Assembly (NCBI RefSeq): GCF_001194135.2
Contig: NC_069000.1
Span: 672,425-728,403 of the forward strand
Direction of reading: 5' to 3'
Length of the DNA stretch: 55,979 nucleotides
DNA from: Octopus bimaculoides
Taxonomy: Eukaryota
Of the stretch, positions 52,701-55,979 are shown in pieces (the stretch's first letter is position 1; each line of letters starts with the position of its first letter). The notes under the pieces are model-generated. The model worked only from the letters and a program-made list of their open reading frames with translations. It ran no database searches and had not been told where the DNA came from. A program made the translations under genes and the position numbers.

Positions 52701-55700
52701 ACAAATTTCACTACAATGGAGTGTAACCTCACTTAGTGATGTTAGTGTCTAAAAAGCAATTACAACATTCAATCTTTTTGATATAACTTGAACATTTTGC
52801 AGCAGAGTTCAAATCTGGATATAAATCAAAGGACAGGGGGACTCTTGTAACTAATTGGAATATCAGTCTGAAGAATCTGACACTGAAATTAGATTTTAAA
52901 AATTAGTTTGAAATAACTCAAGAGATCACCCCTTATTATTCATCTTTTTCTTATTAATTGGCATAGTCTACAATAAGCTGACAAGGGAGTCTCTGAACAG
53001 TTGTTCAAGCCACAAGAAATAACAGCCAAATCTCCCTCAAGTTACACTGAGAAAGAGAAATATTGAATAATATATTTCTAATATTTGCATAATATTCAAA
53101 AAGAAGAGATGGCTGGAATGCTTTTGGTTATCATTCAGTGAGGAATAAATAATAATGATAACATATTCTAAAGTTAGACTTTAAATAGAAGAGTGTCTTG
53201 TAGTACAACAGTACAAAAGCAAATAAGGATGTTCTTAAATGATACATGAGTTGTTCTTGATATGAATACAGAATTTGATTTCTGACAAAAGAGGAAGGGA
53301 TTCAGGGACCATGAAGAGGTGGTGCAAAATGTACAGTGTACTTGGGACCGGAAATTTTCTGGGATGTATGTTTACATTTATTGGTGACTAGCATTCAGAG
53401 AAGGGAACAAGAACTCCAAAAGGTTTTGTAGCCACTGATAAAATTCCTTTTAAAAGCCCTATGAAGAAGTATGTAGAGAAGTGGCTCCCAAATAGTGTGC
53501 CATGACATACTGGCATGCTGTGAAATGTAGTAAGTTGCACAAAAAAAATTCTAAATTTGCATTTTAAAAAAATGAGAAAATAAAAATACGCGCCAAAATT
53601 CTAAATTTGAAGTCTCATTAACTTTCCTTCATTTATTGAATACCGAAGTGAGTATTTAAGAATTTTCTGTAATTTAAGTTATTTATATTTAAAGACTAAA
53701 TTACATAAATACATTTTTTGACATCATGCATAAGATGTTTATCTTAATTTGTATACAGAACAAAAGAAGAGAGAGAATGACAACTTTCTTGCTAGCATGG
53801 GTTGGCAGGGAGGAAAAAGAGGCACTGACCTGGATTATATAGTAAACAACTGCTAGAGGTAGTATTGCTATTAGTACAATGGGTGTTGTGTAACATATCA
53901 AGAAAAGTGCAGTGATGATAATGAACATTGTGCGAATAATCTGACGCACAATCAGCGGAATAACCATATCAACTGTGTCAATGTCTTTTGAGAATCGGTT
54001 GATGATGCGACCTAGAGGTGTAGTGTCGAAGAATTTCATTGGACATCGCATAATGTTTGCAATGAGTTGAGTATGTAATTTCTTAGCACCACCCAAAAGT
54101 GAAAATGCAGCAATTATTGAGTAGCAGAGGACACAGAATGCTGAGGGAAGAGAAAATGGTTATGAGAAAATTAAAAGAAAAAAAGAAAGAAAAAATCGTT
54201 GAAGAAATCTGGTAAGAACAAATATTTTCACAAATGAGATAAATCTTTTTAACTTCTTTCATTTTTTTCCTCTCTTCAATATAATATTTCACACAATATA
54301 CAATGTTGTTGTTAGGGTTAACTCTAGTTCAAGTAGACTTATATGATCAAGAACCATCCAATCTTTTTAAAGAAATCTTGGACCACAACGTCCAAAGTCT
54401 TTTTTCTCTCAATTTCTGAAGTGAGTTGGATGAGATTTGATGGAGATTTGACAGCTATTTCTCTCAGGACAAGTGATTGAGTATAGGCTCCTTCTTCACT
54501 GACTTATCACCCACAACTTTATTCTTGTTTAGCTCCAGGTCAGCTATGATCAAGTAGATTTACAATGAAAGACATAGCAACTTTAATCATCTGTCCTTTT
54601 GCATACACAGGACAACATTAGAAAAAAAAAAGGAGGATGACATTATCCAATGTATGCTAACTTTGCTTTTCCAACTGTTAGAGTGATCTGAGGGAGTCCT
54701 GCCTGCTATTTCTAGTATTTCATTTCTCCTGCTTTTTTTTTTTTTTAAACTTAAATTACCAATCTGATATTTGGTCATGTAGATATTCATTAACCAATAA
54801 ATTATTGTGAGTATCCTTTTATATGTGTTTTAATGGAAAACTGATGGAACTTGGACAACAAGCTAAATAAAAGGACAGGCATAACCATGTTTGAACTCCT
54901 GGTTATTGGCAAGCCACAACACAAGCTTGGATTTTTGAACAGCACAAATCAAATTGCATCGCAAAAGGAAATCAATTTATAAGAAAACCACAGAAAAATT
55001 GTTCACAATTAGTTAAAATAAAAAAATACTCCAATTCTTTAAAATAATTTTATAATGGTCATGAAAAAATTTAACATTCTTCACCAAATGAAGATAATTG
55101 TAATAGCAATTCATGACATTAAGAAAAGCCCATTAAATGCATGTTGGAAAGTAATCTTGCTTGGATTAGTTATAAATGGTAGTGATGGTTAAACAAGAAA
55201 AATAATCTAAACACAGACAAAACTAATATCACCCATTCAACAGGAGTTGATGGATTAGTTGTTAAGAAAATAGTTTATGGAAGATTCATTAGACATAGTC
55301 GCCATTACTCCAAATGATGAAAGTGAGTTTGATGCTGATAAACCAGGTTCAAGTCGACAGGCTACAATGGTGGCTCAGATAGATGCATTTAATTTATGGG
55401 TGTTTGTTAGGGTCTAATGTCACTCAAACGCTCTGATACCCCACCCCCACCCCCAGAATGCAAGAGAACTAATAGTTCAACTAATGACTTTTCGGATGAT
55501 GTAAAACTTGCCACTATTATTATACTAAGAAGATATTTTAATTATTTTTTGTTTTTTATATGTGCATGGTAGTCTCATTTTCATAAAATGTGCTCAGCAG
55601 TCCATGCTATGTAAATGCAAATCCCAGTGCTTTATGAGTTAAATAAAGGTTTCACTTGATGATTTAGTCCTTAATATATATAACAAGATGAAGTGGTCAC

Positions 55701-55979
55701 AGTTGGAATGTCCTTGATCATAGGTCTGCCTGCTCTATCAAGATTGACCTAGAATTAACCAACAGCAATAACAACATCAGCATTTCCACACACAAAAATT
55801 GAATACTTACACTGCAGAGCTCCAAAACCACCATAGACCCCCAGGTAGAACGTGGCACGATTTTCTGGAGCAATATTGAAAACAGCTGTGCCAGTGCCAT
55901 TAACATCAGTTTCATCCTCAGACCACCAGCTCAACCAGATACTGCTAAAGATAACAAAAACCTGGAAGGCGAAGTAGAA
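49677..55979 (-). CDS. ABCC1: ABCC copy B, TMD2 exons 21-25 (overall span, continues beyond the window)
   Basis: Five exons with the same lengths, phases and splice sites as copy A; no stops. Confidence 0.92.
51099..51219 (-). CDS. ABCC1: Copy B exon 24 (WLSIRIDLIGN…SYALS)
   Basis: 121 nt, attaag| and |gtaaga. Confidence 0.93.
52159..52358 (-). CDS. ABCC1: Copy B exon 23 (RYFIPASRQLKRIESVSRSP…IINR)
   Basis: 200 nt, ttacag| and |gtaagc. Confidence 0.94.
53830..54140 (-). CDS. ABCC1: Copy B exon 22
   Basis: 311 nt, cctcag| and |gtcagt. Confidence 0.94.
55811..55979 (-). CDS. ABCC1: Copy B exon 21 (3' part)
   Basis: Visible 169 nt look identical to 49386-49554; |gtaagt donor. Confidence 0.93.

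Noticed and set aside
49677-55979. Copy B as a true convergent or antisense gene that would form dsRNA with copy A
   Set aside because: Its orientation depends on a 100-N join in a region where other joins are demonstrably wrong.

Overview
AT-rich eukaryotic draft scaffold full of microsatellites, SINEs and RTE fragments. The repeat repertoire points to an octopus (inference). The window holds an almost complete long-form ABCC/MRP1-like transporter gene (TMD0-L0-TMD1-NBD1-TMD2-NBD2). I traced 29 of about 30 coding exons by hand, and splice phases are consistent at every junction where both exon ends are visible. The scaffold order is scrambled at five 100-N joins. Exact 49-nt contig-end overlaps, plus a bridge through the second gene copy, give the order 4967-30372 > 43392-49576 > 30473-36701 > (36802-43291) > reverse complement of 1-4866. 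The 36701/36802 link rests on exon order only. A second copy (B) of TMD2 exons 21-25 lies on the minus strand (49677-55979). A and B are identical or nearly so in TM12-13 and after TM17. They fall to about 69% identity abruptly inside exon 22 and differ again at the start of TM16 and in TM17, which are the helices lining the substrate pocket. This two-version pocket module is the best candidate for an undescribed system. Other notable items are a Penelope-type hammerhead ribozyme, a four-fold tandem 3' splice site, a 186-bp inverted repeat next to a splice donor and a pre-miRNA-like hairpin. Human MRP1 residue numbers are from memory and manual alignment. Percent identities were counted by eye.
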